Part shown: positions 51,816 through 61,414 of the stretch, piece by piece
Position numbering within the stretch: the first letter of the stretch is position 1
Layout of the letters: the number at the start of each line of letters is the position of its first letter
From: a virus
Lineage: Duplodnaviria; Caudoviricetes
Virus record (IMG/VR): IMGVR_UViG_3300010429_001883
Location: 1-64,000 of that record
DNA length: 64,000 nt
Direction: 5' to 3' (one strand)
The notes under the pieces: model-generated
The model's input: only the letters and a program-made list of their open reading frames with translations
Told to the model about the DNA's origin: nothing
Database searches by the model: none
Position numbers and translations under genes: made by a program

Positions 51816-52603
51816 TTCAACCTGCCTTCTTTAATCCACTGCTCGTGTTTTTTTGACATCCTGTTTGCTGCCTTAACATGCTCTCCGGCGATATTAGGAA
51901 CCTTGCTTATGCTTCGACTACCATAATGTAAGATCCAAGAATTACCGACGATATAGGCCGTATATTTGTTTCTTTCCATTCGCCAGTGGTAATCAACATC
52001 TTCCATCATGCCAAATGGGGCTATTTCTTCGTCTAAAAATCCAACGTCGTCTAGAAGATTGCGCTTGAACAGTAAACAAACAAACGGAACGTGGGAGTTG
52101 TAATGATGAACGTTGTCATTGTACCATGAGGGCTTCTCCGAAGCCGATTTGACAACCTGGGCAGGCACACACGCAAAGGTCGTAAGTGGGGCGACATACC
52201 CCAGCTTGCGATCCCCCAATGTAGAACTTACCTTGTAGCTTCTTAAGCAGTCTTCATACCCTGAAGTTAGTGCCGATAGCCAGTTTTCCGACACTACGGT
52301 ATCATTATTCAAGATACAATAATAGTCTTCATCGGATTCGGAAAACCTTAAACAGTACCTCAATCCGTGATTATATCCGCCAGCAAAACCAGTGTTTGTG
52401 GACAGATTAAGATAATCTACACCAATATGTTCTAAGAAATTAGTATTATCCGTTGATCCGTTATTCACGAACACTATGTGTGCTTTTGGCGAAAAGGCCT
52501 TAACACTTTCTATACATCCCATGGAAAGTTCCCAATTATTCCAACCAACTATAACAACGTGTACCATTAGTTGACCAGCCTTACTTTTTTGATCGCTAGC
52601 CAC
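51812..52603 (-). CDS. GT2 glycosyltransferase
   Basis: NNGSTD, NTGFAGGYN, LNND, GFLDE...ED.D...R. Confidence 0.9.
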   Translation of the reverse strand: MASDQKSKAGQLMVHVVIVGWNNWELSMGCIESVKAFSPKAHIVFVNNGSTDNTNFLEHIGVDYLNLSTNTGFAGGYNHGLRYCLRFSESDEDYYCILNNDTVVSENWLSALTSGYEDCLRSYKVSSTLGDRKLGYVAPLTTFACVPAQVVKSASEKPSWYNDNVHHYNSHVPFVCLLFKRNLLDDVGFLDEEIAPFGMMEDVDYHWRMERNKYTAYIVGNSWILHYGSRSISKVPNIAGEHVKAANRMSKKHEQWIKEGRLK

Positions 52604-53337
52604 GGAATAGCAATCTCCCCTGCAACAAAAGCAGTTATATTAAGAACTTGTAAAAACTTTTGCCAGTTGGAAACGTTCAATATCTTGTTCTTGTAATGCT
52701 CTGTTACTTCGGAAACATCTTGAGCAATTTGTGCTATATAAAATGTTGAATCGTTCATGCCTTCCGCCGTTGCTTGAACTTCAGTTAATAGAATGTTAAC
52801 ATTGCCAAAGATTTCTTGAAGTTGTGTACCTATGATATTCAAGTCATTTGTACCAGCTTCCAGGAATCCTACAATTTGGTCTTTTATAACAATAGTTACC
52901 ATCCCACGAAGCTCAATGATTGTTCTTCGTATTTCAGGTAGAACGCCCATTTCCTGATCATTCATATTATAATTTGTATCTTGAATGAATACTCTAAAAT
53001 CTGTAATAGCTAAATTAGCTGTATCAAATGTTTGAGACATTTTTGAGTTCATATTGCTAAAGGATTTATCAAGGTTTTTATTAACATTTGTTACAGCATC
53101 GACTGTTTGTACTTGAAGCTTTTCCAGGATTTCATTATCATGAATAAATTTTTTATGTGCCTCTACTGTGGCAACTTTTAAATACCTTGCAGTATCTCTT
53201 ATGCTGTCCGTAGTCTGTTCATACTTTGGTTTTAAATCTGCCAAATAAAGATATTCCCAAATAGCTGTTTGCCAAACCAGTACACACAGCCCAGCAACTA
53301 GAAAACATTTTAAATAAAAATACACTTTTTCTTTCAT
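52567..53337 (-). CDS. Membrane-anchored long helical protein
   Basis: N-terminal TM segment, amphipathic helical repeats, hydrophobic C-terminus. Confidence 0.7.
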   Translation of the reverse strand: MKEKVYFYLKCFLVAGLCVLVWQTAIWEYLYLADLKPKYEQTTDSIRDTARYLKVATVEAHKKFIHDNEILEKLQVQTVDAVTNVNKNLDKSFSNMNSKMSQTFDTANLAITDFRVFIQDTNYNMNDQEMGVLPEIRRTIIELRGMVTIVIKDQIVGFLEAGTNDLNIIGTQLQEIFGNVNILLTEVQATAEGMNDSTFYIAQIAQDVSEVTEHYKNKILNVSNWQKFLQVLNITAFVAGEIAIPWLAIKKVRLVN

Positions 53338-53882
53338 CTGTGAGTAACCCCGCTGGATACAAAAGTTGCTATTTTATTTCCAACAAGAAGTCTCATTAGC
53401 GTGTTAGGGTCTGTGAACGATGGCCTTATTGTTCCATTAAGAATACCTGACTTGGCAAGACCGCCCATAATAAGTTCTGAGCAAAACCACTTCGTTGGAT
53501 TTTCTTTATCTTCGTTTGTTTTATCAAGGATTGGATCATAAACTGGATTTAGTAAGAAATTTAACATTGCCCTAAAATCATATTTCTTATAAACCTGTTC
53601 TAGGACGAATCGTTCAAAAGCCATTTTCTGTGCCAGAGTACAGGGAATGTTAAATATATCATACTTTGTTCCACTTCTGTGTGAAAAATTTATATCAGCT
53701 ATTCTTACCCAGCCTCTCCAAGCTTCGACAACTATTGGCACATTTTTACAGTAACAAATGTTTGAGTTTGGTAATAAATAGGCTATGTGTGAGTACGGTC
53801 CGTTTGTTCTTAATTTTATTAGTTTAGATAATATAGACTTTCCTGAACAAGCTAATAGATTAATACTATCTGTCATTATCAC
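53334..53882 (-). CDS. Permuted NlpC/P60 (YiiX/YebB-like) papain-fold enzyme
   Basis: YSHIA (His) precedes KKYDF and WFCSEL (Cys), the permuted catalytic order. Confidence 0.82.
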   Translation of the reverse strand: MIMTDSINLLACSGKSILSKLIKLRTNGPYSHIAYLLPNSNICYCKNVPIVVEAWRGWVRIADINFSHRSGTKYDIFNIPCTLAQKMAFERFVLEQVYKKYDFRAMLNFLLNPVYDPILDKTNEDKENPTKWFCSELIMGGLAKSGILNGTIRPSFTDPNTLMRLLVGNKIATFVSSGVTHR

Positions 53883-54250
53883 TCCTGCGGCGAACCTTCT
53901 TCTATTTTTTGAATTTCTCCCCTTAGTTTATACAATTCTACACCAAGATCATGTAACTCGTACTCAAGCTCACCAATTTTGTTTAATATAATTTCTTCTT
54001 TAGACAACAATTCTTCTAGATTAATGGGTTTTCCCTCTTCATTTACTTTTACCATATATTTTCCCTTCACAAAACACTCTTTCGCTTTAAATGATTCAGA
54101 CGGATTGGCAAGGTCAGATAATGCCTTTAATTGCTTTGACCATAACGTACAATAGGCTCCGAACTTAAACATTCTAACCCAAAAATAGCAATTAGAACAA
54201 AATATGCCTTGAGGTATTTCTATTTCATTTTTAAGTTTTCTTTTTGCCAT
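53879..54250 (-). CDS. Cys-containing hypothetical protein with coiled-coil end
   Basis: Operon context. Confidence 0.7.
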   Translation of the reverse strand: MAKRKLKNEIEIPQGIFCSNCYFWVRMFKFGAYCTLWSKQLKALSDLANPSESFKAKECFVKGKYMVKVNEEGKPINLEELLSKEEIILNKIGELEYELHDLGVELYKLRGEIQKIEEGSPQE

Positions 54251-54264
54251 TTTCTCTCTTTAAA

Positions 54265-54336
54265 TGGAGCGGGCCGGGTGTTTACCTTTTAAGGTTTTTA
54301 TCAGCTAAGTGCTGAGACATTGTAAAACTCCGGCCC
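54265..54336 (-). ncRNA. Small three-way-junction RNA candidate ending GCTCCA
   Basis: GGGCCGG/CCGGCCC closing stem; TCAGC/GCTGA and ACCTT/AAGGT hairpins. Confidence 0.4.
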
Positions 54337-54382
54337 ATTACCATTTTACTAATTTATTTATTATTTGTCAAGAAGTTTATTA

Positions 54383-54700
54383 TTACTTTTGTCTAAACAG
54401 CTTCTTAGAATCATCTGATAACTTATCATAGTTTCTTCTAGTAATAATTATGTTAAAAGCTCCATCTCGTATTGCTGAAGCAATCGCTTTCAAAATCTCT
54501 TCATATGGCAAAGAAGGAATAATTTCATAAAACACGGGACGATTATCTATATCTTCAAACGCGCTATGTTTTATATCACTACTAACAATTTTTAAAAAGT
54601 CTTGGGGGTTTAGTCCTTGCGGGCTAAACTCCCCAAGAGATATCTCTGTTTCATTGTCAGTGTCTATAGAAGTTTCTTCTACAACAACTTTTAATTCCAC
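54383..54700 (-). CDS. Hypothetical acidic protein
   Basis: Coupled to the upstream lipoprotein gene. Confidence 0.65.
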   Translation of the reverse strand: MELKVVVEETSIDTDNETEISLGEFSPQGLNPQDFLKIVSSDIKHSAFEDIDNRPVFYEIIPSLPYEEILKAIASAIRDGAFNIIITRRNYDKLSDDSKKLFRQK

Positions 54701-55347
54701 TACTTTTTCTCCAGTTCTTTCAATAGAGCTTCCATTTCCTTTGTCTTTTCTGGCTGTGTCTTTAGTGCGCCAAGCAATTTATCATCATCGTAGGGGGCCG
54801 CAGCCACGCTAATAGTTGCTGTCTTGTCCGTTGTTACTTCAGGAATTGCTGGACAAACAACGTCAATCTTCAAATAAGCCAGATCAACCTGATCGCCATC
54901 TTTGATTTCTACATTAGGCAAGACAATAGTTATCACTGTTTGCACTGTGGATATAACAACATTGACGTACAACTGTGCCTTTGGATCTACATCTAGTTCG
55001 TCGAACAGAGCCTGCATAACTTCCTTAGCACTTGATAGATTAACCGTAATCTGCTCAGTACCTATGTCCTTGTTTTCAAGATATGCTTGTAGTCCGTCAA
55101 TGCCTATATTCCAAAAAGCTTGGAACTTCATATGAGCTTTGCAGGTTTTATCAAGCTTATCAAATTCGCCAGTAGTTGCAAACAGATTCATTGTGTTTGT
55201 AATAACACTCTTATAGGCTTGACCGCCTATGTACAAATAACTCTTCAACTTATCGACACTTTCTCCGCCGCATGACACCAACAGAACTACTGCCGGTATA
55301 AGTAGAAAAGACAACATAATTTTTAGATATTTCATACACTCCTCCAA
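54700..55347 (-). CDS. Lipoprotein
   Basis: MKYLKIML...VLLVS-C lipobox; GGAGGAG RBS. Confidence 0.8.
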   Translation of the reverse strand: MEECMKYLKIMLSFLLIPAVVLLVSCGGESVDKLKSYLYIGGQAYKSVITNTMNLFATTGEFDKLDKTCKAHMKFQAFWNIGIDGLQAYLENKDIGTEQITVNLSSAKEVMQALFDELDVDPKAQLYVNVVISTVQTVITIVLPNVEIKDGDQVDLAYLKIDVVCPAIPEVTTDKTATISVAAAPYDDDKLLGALKTQPEKTKEMEALLKELEKK

Positions 55348-55381
55348 ATAATCAGTTAGTGGTCTGTTGCCACTTATGTGT

Positions 55382-55409
55382 AGTATAGCACAAAAATTTC
55401 AAATGTCAA
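55382..55409 (-). promoter_or_regulatory. Strong sigma-70 promoter for the leftward envelope/sugar operon
   Basis: TTGACA-16-TATACT with an extended -10 TG. Confidence 0.75.
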
Positions 55410-55427
55410 CTAGATATTTTATGCGAA

Positions 55428-55444
55428 TTGGCATGAAATTTGCT
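55428..55444 (+). promoter_or_regulatory. Sigma-54-like promoter
   Basis: TTGGCATGAAATTTGCT gives GG-N10-GC with one mismatch to consensus. Confidence 0.5.
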
Positions 55445-55553
55445 ATATATAATATATTATTAATTACTGTATATGATCAGCTACAGTAACTAGTAAAATT
55501 ACAGTATCTAGTCAGCTACTACAGTAACTGTAGACTTACAAGATACAGAGAGT

Positions 55554-55587
55554 AAATTCTATTTCCCCTGTAAGGGGAAATAGAATT
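55554..55587. repeat. Near-perfect inverted repeat
   Basis: AATTCTATTTCCCCT-GTA-AGGGGAAATAGAATT. Confidence 0.75.
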
Positions 55588-55609
55588 ATATACTCTATAG
55601 AAAATTTAC

Positions 55610-55969
55610 TTGCTTAGTTGCATAGTTGGTGGTATACTATGTCTGCGAAAGCACCCTTCTGCGGAGGTTGAAGTGAAGTTAAAAGTAGATAAATCTGTGT
55701 TTTCTGATGAGCTAGATGCCCTAAGTGTAGAACTGGTGCCAAGATTTGAAGAGGCTGTTAGTGGGAGCGAAGAGATACTTAGTGCTATAAAGACTGCATC
55801 ATATAGGTTTAATGCTAACGGCGAGCTGCTAGTCAGAACAATGAAAAAGTATGACCATATAGACAGCATTAAATTACAAAATGCCGTAAAAATTTTTATG
55901 GATCAGTTACTTATATCTGTTGACAAGAAGTACGGCAAACTAAAGGTACTGCTAGATAGGAGACAATAG
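55610..55969 (+). CDS. Hypothetical protein (start uncertain)
   Basis: ORF track; coupled to the next gene. Confidence 0.6.
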   Translation: MLSCIVGGILCLRKHPSAEVEVKLKVDKSVFSDELDALSVELVPRFEEAVSGSEEILSAIKTASYRFNANGELLVRTMKKYDHIDSIKLQNAVKIFMDQLLISVDKKYGKLKVLLDRRQ

Positions 55970-56319
55970 TGGATTTTCTATTACAATCAGATATTGCCGG
56001 TACTTTTGATTCTTACAGACGTATATTTGATTATGGTCTGGCGGGATTTCTGGTTCTTTTTTATGTGTTTAAAATTGTTAGAATGGGTGATGAACATAGA
56101 CAGGAATTATTAAAAGTAAGAAAATCAATACTTTTACGTATTGCTAGAATAGAGTCAGCAATGGTCCTATTATCTTCATTGTTACAGATGAGACCCTGTA
56201 TGTTTGAGAAGCGTATAGAAATCGAGAGTACGTTTAAGCACATGTTGACACCAGAAGAGTTTGATGATTTGGACCTTGTGAAAGAAAAAGAGAGGAAAAC
56301 AAACGATGAGCAATATTGA
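55969..56319 (+). CDS. Small membrane protein (holin-like topology possible)
   Basis: TM segment YGLAGFLVLFYVF; charged C-terminus. Confidence 0.6.
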   Translation: MDFLLQSDIAGTFDSYRRIFDYGLAGFLVLFYVFKIVRMGDEHRQELLKVRKSILLRIARIESAMVLLSSLLQMRPCMFEKRIEIESTFKHMLTPEEFDDLDLVKEKERKTNDEQY

Positions 56320-56902
56320 AATGCTGCTAACTATTGCTATTATTGGGCTTTTAATTTATGAATTTTTTCACAAAAGGTCTGCTAAAATTCAGTTTAAAGA
56401 AGATATGGACAAAATGGACAACAGTATCTCTAAATTTAACAAATTTGTAGACACTGTTGCTTTTCATGAAATTGGTTTTGGTATTGGAGAAGTTTATAAA
56501 GATTCACAACACCACGACCACTCCAACGGCAAACTAAAAATAAGTTTTAAAGAAAAAAATGTTGATGTTTTAGTGGTACATTCTTCCAAAGAGAATGGTT
56601 ATGGAATATATAAAATATTTGCTGACAGTGGGTTTTCTACTAAGTGTGTAAGTTGGGATAAAAATGCCGCTATTATTTGGGTTTTAAAGGGTAAAGCAAC
56701 TTTTAAAATTTTTGATGATTCAGAAAAACTTACATCTTTAAGCACTCTTGATCCTGGAGACTATATTAATTTGGCTCCAGGCACTAAACATACTATGGAA
56801 GTTGATAGTAATACAGCGATGTTGGCTATTTTTATACCGCCGCTGTGTGCTACTGTTGATGATATAAAACGAATGCGAGAGGAAATAGGGTTTGAGGTAT
56901 AG
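56306..56902 (+). CDS. Membrane-anchored cupin-fold protein
   Basis: N-terminal TM segment; WVLKG...LDPGD...PGTKH...IFIPP. Confidence 0.7.
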   Translation: MSNIEMLLTIAIIGLLIYEFFHKRSAKIQFKEDMDKMDNSISKFNKFVDTVAFHEIGFGIGEVYKDSQHHDHSNGKLKISFKEKNVDVLVVHSSKENGYGIYKIFADSGFSTKCVSWDKNAAIIWVLKGKATFKIFDDSEKLTSLSTLDPGDYINLAPGTKHTMEVDSNTAMLAIFIPPLCATVDDIKRMREEIGFEV

Positions 56903-59900
56903 ACGAAGGGGAGAAGAATTCATCTTTGATTACGGGGAGGCCTTCCCCGAAAATCCAAAGATATTTACTTTTTTTATTCGTACAGATCTGATCGAAAGTG
57001 AAGATGTACAGATACCTCTTTTTTTCTATAATGGCAAGAAATGGATACCAATTGCCGGTAACGACGCGTTTTCTGTCGAAGCAGAAACAAGTCGTGACTA
57101 TAATATTAAACCAATAACTAGAGATCAGATCGGTAGAAATAGTTTAATTTTTCCTGATCAGTCAACTTCAAAAAATCCCCCCAGTGCAAAACAAGTACAA
57201 GATGCAATAGAAAAGGTAAAAGATTTTCTTGGATCTTCTCCTTTGGCCCAAAGTTTAATAGATAAGTTAAGAACAGGTCCCACAAGTACAGGTGTTTCTA
57301 GCAGTTCGGATGATTTTTCAAACGATGGCAAATTTGTACCAAGAGCTGCAGAACAAACAGCTGCCGAAGCAGAAGAAAGTATAGATACTTCTGGAGCAGC
57401 GCAGTTTGATTCTGAAGGCAATTTTATACCGAGACCCGTAAATCCTGATTTTGATGCTTATCGTTTTAATGGGGTCAGTACAACTCCATATGAACAATGC
57501 GGATTAGTAGAGTCTGGTAGTTTATGTCCAGAGATAGAGTATGTTGTTGTTGAAACCTATAAGGATGATCCAAGAATTCCATACGATTGTTATAGGGTTA
57601 GTTGGTCTATACCTGACGTAAAAGTATGGTCTTACTATGTCGAAGGGATTGATGTTAGTAAAGATTTTCCTAGTGAGGGCAATCGTTACGACCTTTTTGA
57701 GTCTGGAAGTGGCTTACTTTCCTCGGACGGAAACTGGTTAACTCTCCCTGTTGAATTAACAGGCGGATCTTATGCTAACAAGTCTATAGAAATTTTTGAC
57801 AATAACAGTAGCTGTAAGATAATAAGAACAATTAAACAAAATACTTCAACAGCAATTGCATTTGAGGCTAAGGTTGATTGGCCGCAAGACACATATACAT
57901 TTGAAATTGTTGAACCGTCACACCTTTTTGTTGATTTTTCTAAAACAGTACCGGTAACAAATGACAATAGCTATGAGAATATTAGTCAAAGGTCTGGTTA
58001 TTTTGGTGTATTGATCAGATATAATTGGCGTGATTTAAAGTTTAGGGTTCGTGCAACTAACTGGGCTGGAACAGGCGAGTATTCTATTGGTGTTTATAAT
58101 GATTTTCCTGGCGTTCCTATAGACAATAAAATTCGTATAGATACTGAAAATTCTTACGGTGATTATGTTACTGTTTCATTAGATGATGATAGAAATCCTG
58201 TTTTTCTTGTTTTTGATGGAGACGACTCTTTAATAGAAGTTATTCCTATAACTGGCGGTTTCGGAGAATCTGGTTATTCTGGTTACTCTGGGTACAGCGG
58301 CAAGTCTGGCTATTCTGGTTATAGCGGAATATCTGGATATTCCGGAAAAAGTGGTTATTCAGGATACTCGGGAGTTTCCGGGTATTCTGGGTATTCTGGT
58401 TATTCTGGAATAAGCGGATATTCTGGCTCGGGGGTTTCTGGATATTCGGGTTCTGGAGTGTCTGGATACAGTGGCTATTCTGGAACTAGTGGTTATTCTG
58501 GGATTTCAGGATATTCTGGTATAAGTGGTTATAGCGGAATATCTGGTTTTAGTGGAATATCTGGGTACTCTGGATCTGGAATATCTGGATATTCAGGAAC
58601 TTCTGGTTACAGTGGCTTTAGTGGTTTATCTGGGTATTCAGGTATTTCGGGGTATTCTGGAAATAGTGGATATTCAGGTTCATCGGGATATTCCGGATAC
58701 AGCGGCACGTCTGGTTACTCCGGGTTAAGTGGTTATTCAGGTATTTCCGGATATTCTGGTTCAGGGACATCAGGATATTCTGGCTACAGTGGCGTTTCTG
58801 GATATTCTGGGATATCGGGTTATTCTGGTAATTCAGGATTCAGTGGATACTCAGGCACAAGCGGATATTCAGGTACAAGCGGATATTCTGGCTATTCTGG
58901 TAGTGGTGTTTCTGGTTATAGCGGCTACTCGGGAATTAGTGGATATTCAGGATCAGGAGTAAGCGGATATTCAGGGTATTCTGGCATAAGTGGGTATTCT
59001 GGTTCAGGAGTTTCGGGGTATAGCGGATCTGGAGTATCTGGTTATTCTGGTTATTCTGGAATTTCTGGCTATTCGGGATCTGGAATTAGTGGATATAGTG
59101 GTATTGGGACATCAGGATATTCTGGGTATAGCGGTATCTCGGGGTATTCAGGCTTTAGTGGAATCTCAGGTTATTCTGGGATTTCAGGATACTCTGGGTC
59201 TGGGGTAAGCGGCTATTCTGGCTCTGGAATTTCTGGGTACAGTGGTTCAGGTATTTCAGGATATTCTGGATATTCTGGTTCAGGAATCAGTGGGTATTCT
59301 GGAATTTCTGGCTACTCTGGCTACAGCGGCATATCTGGATACAGCGGGTACTCAGGACCTTCAGGCTACTCCGGTTATAGCGGTACGTCAGGATATTCAG
59401 GCTACTCTGGTATTTCAGGTTATTCTGGTTACTCCGGATCAGGCGTTTCCGGCTATTCTGGTTATTCAGGCGCAAGCGGTTATTCAGGTTACTCTGGAAA
59501 ATCAGGCTACTCTGGCTATTCTGGATCTGGCATAAGTGGATACAGTGGTTATTCTGGTTCTGGGCTTTCTGGCTATTCAGGATATTCGGGTCAAGTAGGC
59601 CCCCCGGGTCCACAAGGGACCTCCGGATATAGCGGTTATTCAGGGGCCCAAGGTGAGGGTGGGGGTTCGTCCGAATTTTCTGTCCTTCAAACCGGTCACG
59701 GATTTTCTGTAGGAAATGTTTTAAAGCCCACCGAAACAGAAAATATTTACGCTTTGGCTCAAGCGGATTCTTATGAAAATGCGGATGCCGTGGGTATTGT
59801 TAGCGAAGTTGTTGGTCCGGACGAATTCAAGTTATTTACTGCCGGGGAGTTAACTACCGGAGTTCCGAATTTTCCAGCCGGATCTCCTGTATTTTTATCC

Positions 59901-60665
59901 GATGTTACCGCCGGATTGATGACGGATACCGAACCCGACACGGAACTTCATATTTCTAAAGTTCTGGGGTATATCATCGACCCCGAAGATAAAATGATTG
60001 TTCAGATCATGCGGGGGGTTGAACTAATTTATAATATCGGAACTTCCGGATATAGCGGGATTTCAGGATACAGCGGATATTCCGGGGGAGTTGGGGGAAC
60101 TGGTCCAGCCGGTACTTCTGGGTATAGCGGTTATTCTGGGGCGAGCGGAAGATCGGGTTATTCTGGTGCCAGCGGAATCTCAGGCTATTCTGGAATTTCT
60201 GGTTATTCAGGTTCCAGCGGTATTTCTGGGTATTCTGGAATTTCTGGTTATTCTGGGGCGAGTGGGAGATCTGGTTATTCGGGATACTCCGGTCTCGGGA
60301 TTTCGGGATATTCAGGTTATTCCGGGGCAATTGGGTCTAGATATAGATCATATACATGGGTAGTTTCTACTCCAGCTACCGGGGGTATTCCCGGTACTCG
60401 ATTGTATGCGGCTTCTACTGCCATTAGATTGAGTTCTTATGTGACTTCTGCTACTTCCGCTACTTTTAATATCGAGGAAAGAACTTCTCCCGATTCTTCA
60501 GGAACCAATCTTTTAGGTTCTGATCAAGTAGCTACTACTACGGGGGCTTCTACCACTTCGTTCTCTAATAGTTCTTTGGCGGCGGATTCATTTTTGTGGT
60601 TAGATATTTCTGCTATTAGTGGGAGCCCCGGATATCTTCAAGTTACGTTAGTTGTTAAGGAGTAG
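56892..60665 (+). CDS. Large fibre-like structural protein with SG(Y/I) tripeptide repeats
   Basis: Fn3-like FRVRATN.AGTG.YS; long SGYSGISG tracts; HGF.VG...ALAQAD...AVGIV beta domain. Confidence 0.8.
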   Translation: MRYRRRGEEFIFDYGEAFPENPKIFTFFIRTDLIESEDVQIPLFFYNGKKWIPIAGNDAFSVEAETSRDYNIKPITRDQIGRNSLIFPDQSTSKNPPSAKQVQDAIEKVKDFLGSSPLAQSLIDKLRTGPTSTGVSSSSDDFSNDGKFVPRAAEQTAAEAEESIDTSGAAQFDSEGNFIPRPVNPDFDAYRFNGVSTTPYEQCGLVESGSLCPEIEYVVVETYKDDPRIPYDCYRVSWSIPDVKVWSYYVEGIDVSKDFPSEGNRYDLFESGSGLLSSDGNWLTLPVELTGGSYANKSIEIFDNNSSCKIIRTIKQNTSTAIAFEAKVDWPQDTYTFEIVEPSHLFVDFSKTVPVTNDNSYENISQRSGYFGVLIRYNWRDLKFRVRATNWAGTGEYSIGVYNDFPGVPIDNKIRIDTENSYGDYVTVSLDDDRNPVFLVFDGDDSLIEVIPITGGFGESGYSGYSGYSGKSGYSGYSGISGYSGKSGYSGYSGVSGYSGYSGYSGISGYSGSGVSGYSGSGVSGYSGYSGTSGYSGISGYSGISGYSGISGFSGISGYSGSGISGYSGTSGYSGFSGLSGYSGISGYSGNSGYSGSSGYSGYSGTSGYSGLSGYSGISGYSGSGTSGYSGYSGVSGYSGISGYSGNSGFSGYSGTSGYSGTSGYSGYSGSGVSGYSGYSGISGYSGSGVSGYSGYSGISGYSGSGVSGYSGSGVSGYSGYSGISGYSGSGISGYSGIGTSGYSGYSGISGYSGFSGISGYSGISGYSGSGVSGYSGSGISGYSGSGISGYSGYSGSGISGYSGISGYSGYSGISGYSGYSGPSGYSGYSGTSGYSGYSGISGYSGYSGSGVSGYSGYSGASGYSGYSGKSGYSGYSGSGISGYSGYSGSGLSGYSGYSGQVGPPGPQGTSGYSGYSGAQGEGGGSSEFSVLQTGHGFSVGNVLKPTETENIYALAQADSYENADAVGIVSEVVGPDEFKLFTAGELTTGVPNFPAGSPVFLSDVTAGLMTDTEPDTELHISKVLGYIIDPEDKMIVQIMRGVELIYNIGTSGYSGISGYSGYSGGVGGTGPAGTSGYSGYSGASGRSGYSGASGISGYSGISGYSGSSGISGYSGISGYSGASGRSGYSGYSGLGISGYSGYSGAIGSRYRSYTWVVSTPATGGIPGTRLYAASTAIRLSSYVTSATSATFNIEERTSPDSSGTNLLGSDQVATTTGASTTSFSNSSLAADSFLWLDISAISGSPGYLQVTLVVKE
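58268..59645 (+). repeat. Ser-Gly-X coding repeat tract (about 460 aa)
   Basis: 9-nt periodic repeats with heavily varied synonymous codons. Confidence 0.95.
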
Positions 60666-60668
60666 ATC

Positions 60669-61406
60669 GTGGCGGTTGTTCAAGATTACGATACAATTCA
60701 AACCTCGGTTCTTAAATCTGGCGGGACAACTAGCGTTGAGTTTACGTTGGAAGTCGATGATTGGGATTATGTGGCGTTAATATACGCCCATAATAGTGGG
60801 TCGGCTTTAGATATTACTTGGCCAACTGGTTTAGGGTCTCAGGAAACTTTGTTTAGCGTAACTTCCGGTAATGGGTATCTTTTGGTGGGTAAAGGATTCC
60901 CTTGGAGAAATGGATATGGGAAAAGTTTAACAGCGGCTATCCCGGTACTTGGAGACATAGCGTGTGTTGCTTGTCTTCAAATATATCATTCTTCAGCATT
61001 TGATCAATCAACTACATTTACTGATGTTTGGCAATCTAATCCGGTTTCGACTTCTTCAGGAATAGATCCGACAACTGCCTATTCTCATATAGTAGTCGCC
61101 GCCGCTTATTATGGGGATACTGTAGCGTCTTTCTCTAGTCATGCAACGGCCACCCAACCCGGGGCGTTGACTGAACGGTGTGATATAAATGGATTAAAAA
61201 CCGGAACACCTAATAAAGCGGTCTCTTTATCGGTGGCTTCTGCCCAGTCTTCAAGTTCAGGTATTACTGGAGCGTATAGTTGTTCTCTTTCAGGAGCCAA
61301 TTATGTTGAGGGAGAGGAAGAGTACGATTATAGTTTGGCTTTGTTTAATATTACGAGTATAGCCAATTCAAATGTGAATAAAATGATTGCGATTCACGGT
61401 GGGTAG
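60669..61406 (+). CDS. Ser/Thr-rich beta protein, putative tail component
   Basis: AAGGAG RBS with GTG start; lies between the fibre genes. Confidence 0.7.
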   Translation: MAVVQDYDTIQTSVLKSGGTTSVEFTLEVDDWDYVALIYAHNSGSALDITWPTGLGSQETLFSVTSGNGYLLVGKGFPWRNGYGKSLTAAIPVLGDIACVACLQIYHSSAFDQSTTFTDVWQSNPVSTSSGIDPTTAYSHIVVAAAYYGDTVASFSSHATATQPGALTERCDINGLKTGTPNKAVSLSVASAQSSSSGITGAYSCSLSGANYVEGEEEYDYSLALFNITSIANSNVNKMIAIHGG

Positions 61407-61414
61407 GACATCTT

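Noticed and set aside
56892-60665. True collagen or ice-nucleation protein
   Set aside because: There is only one short GPPGPQG stretch, and no AGYGST octapeptide periodicity.
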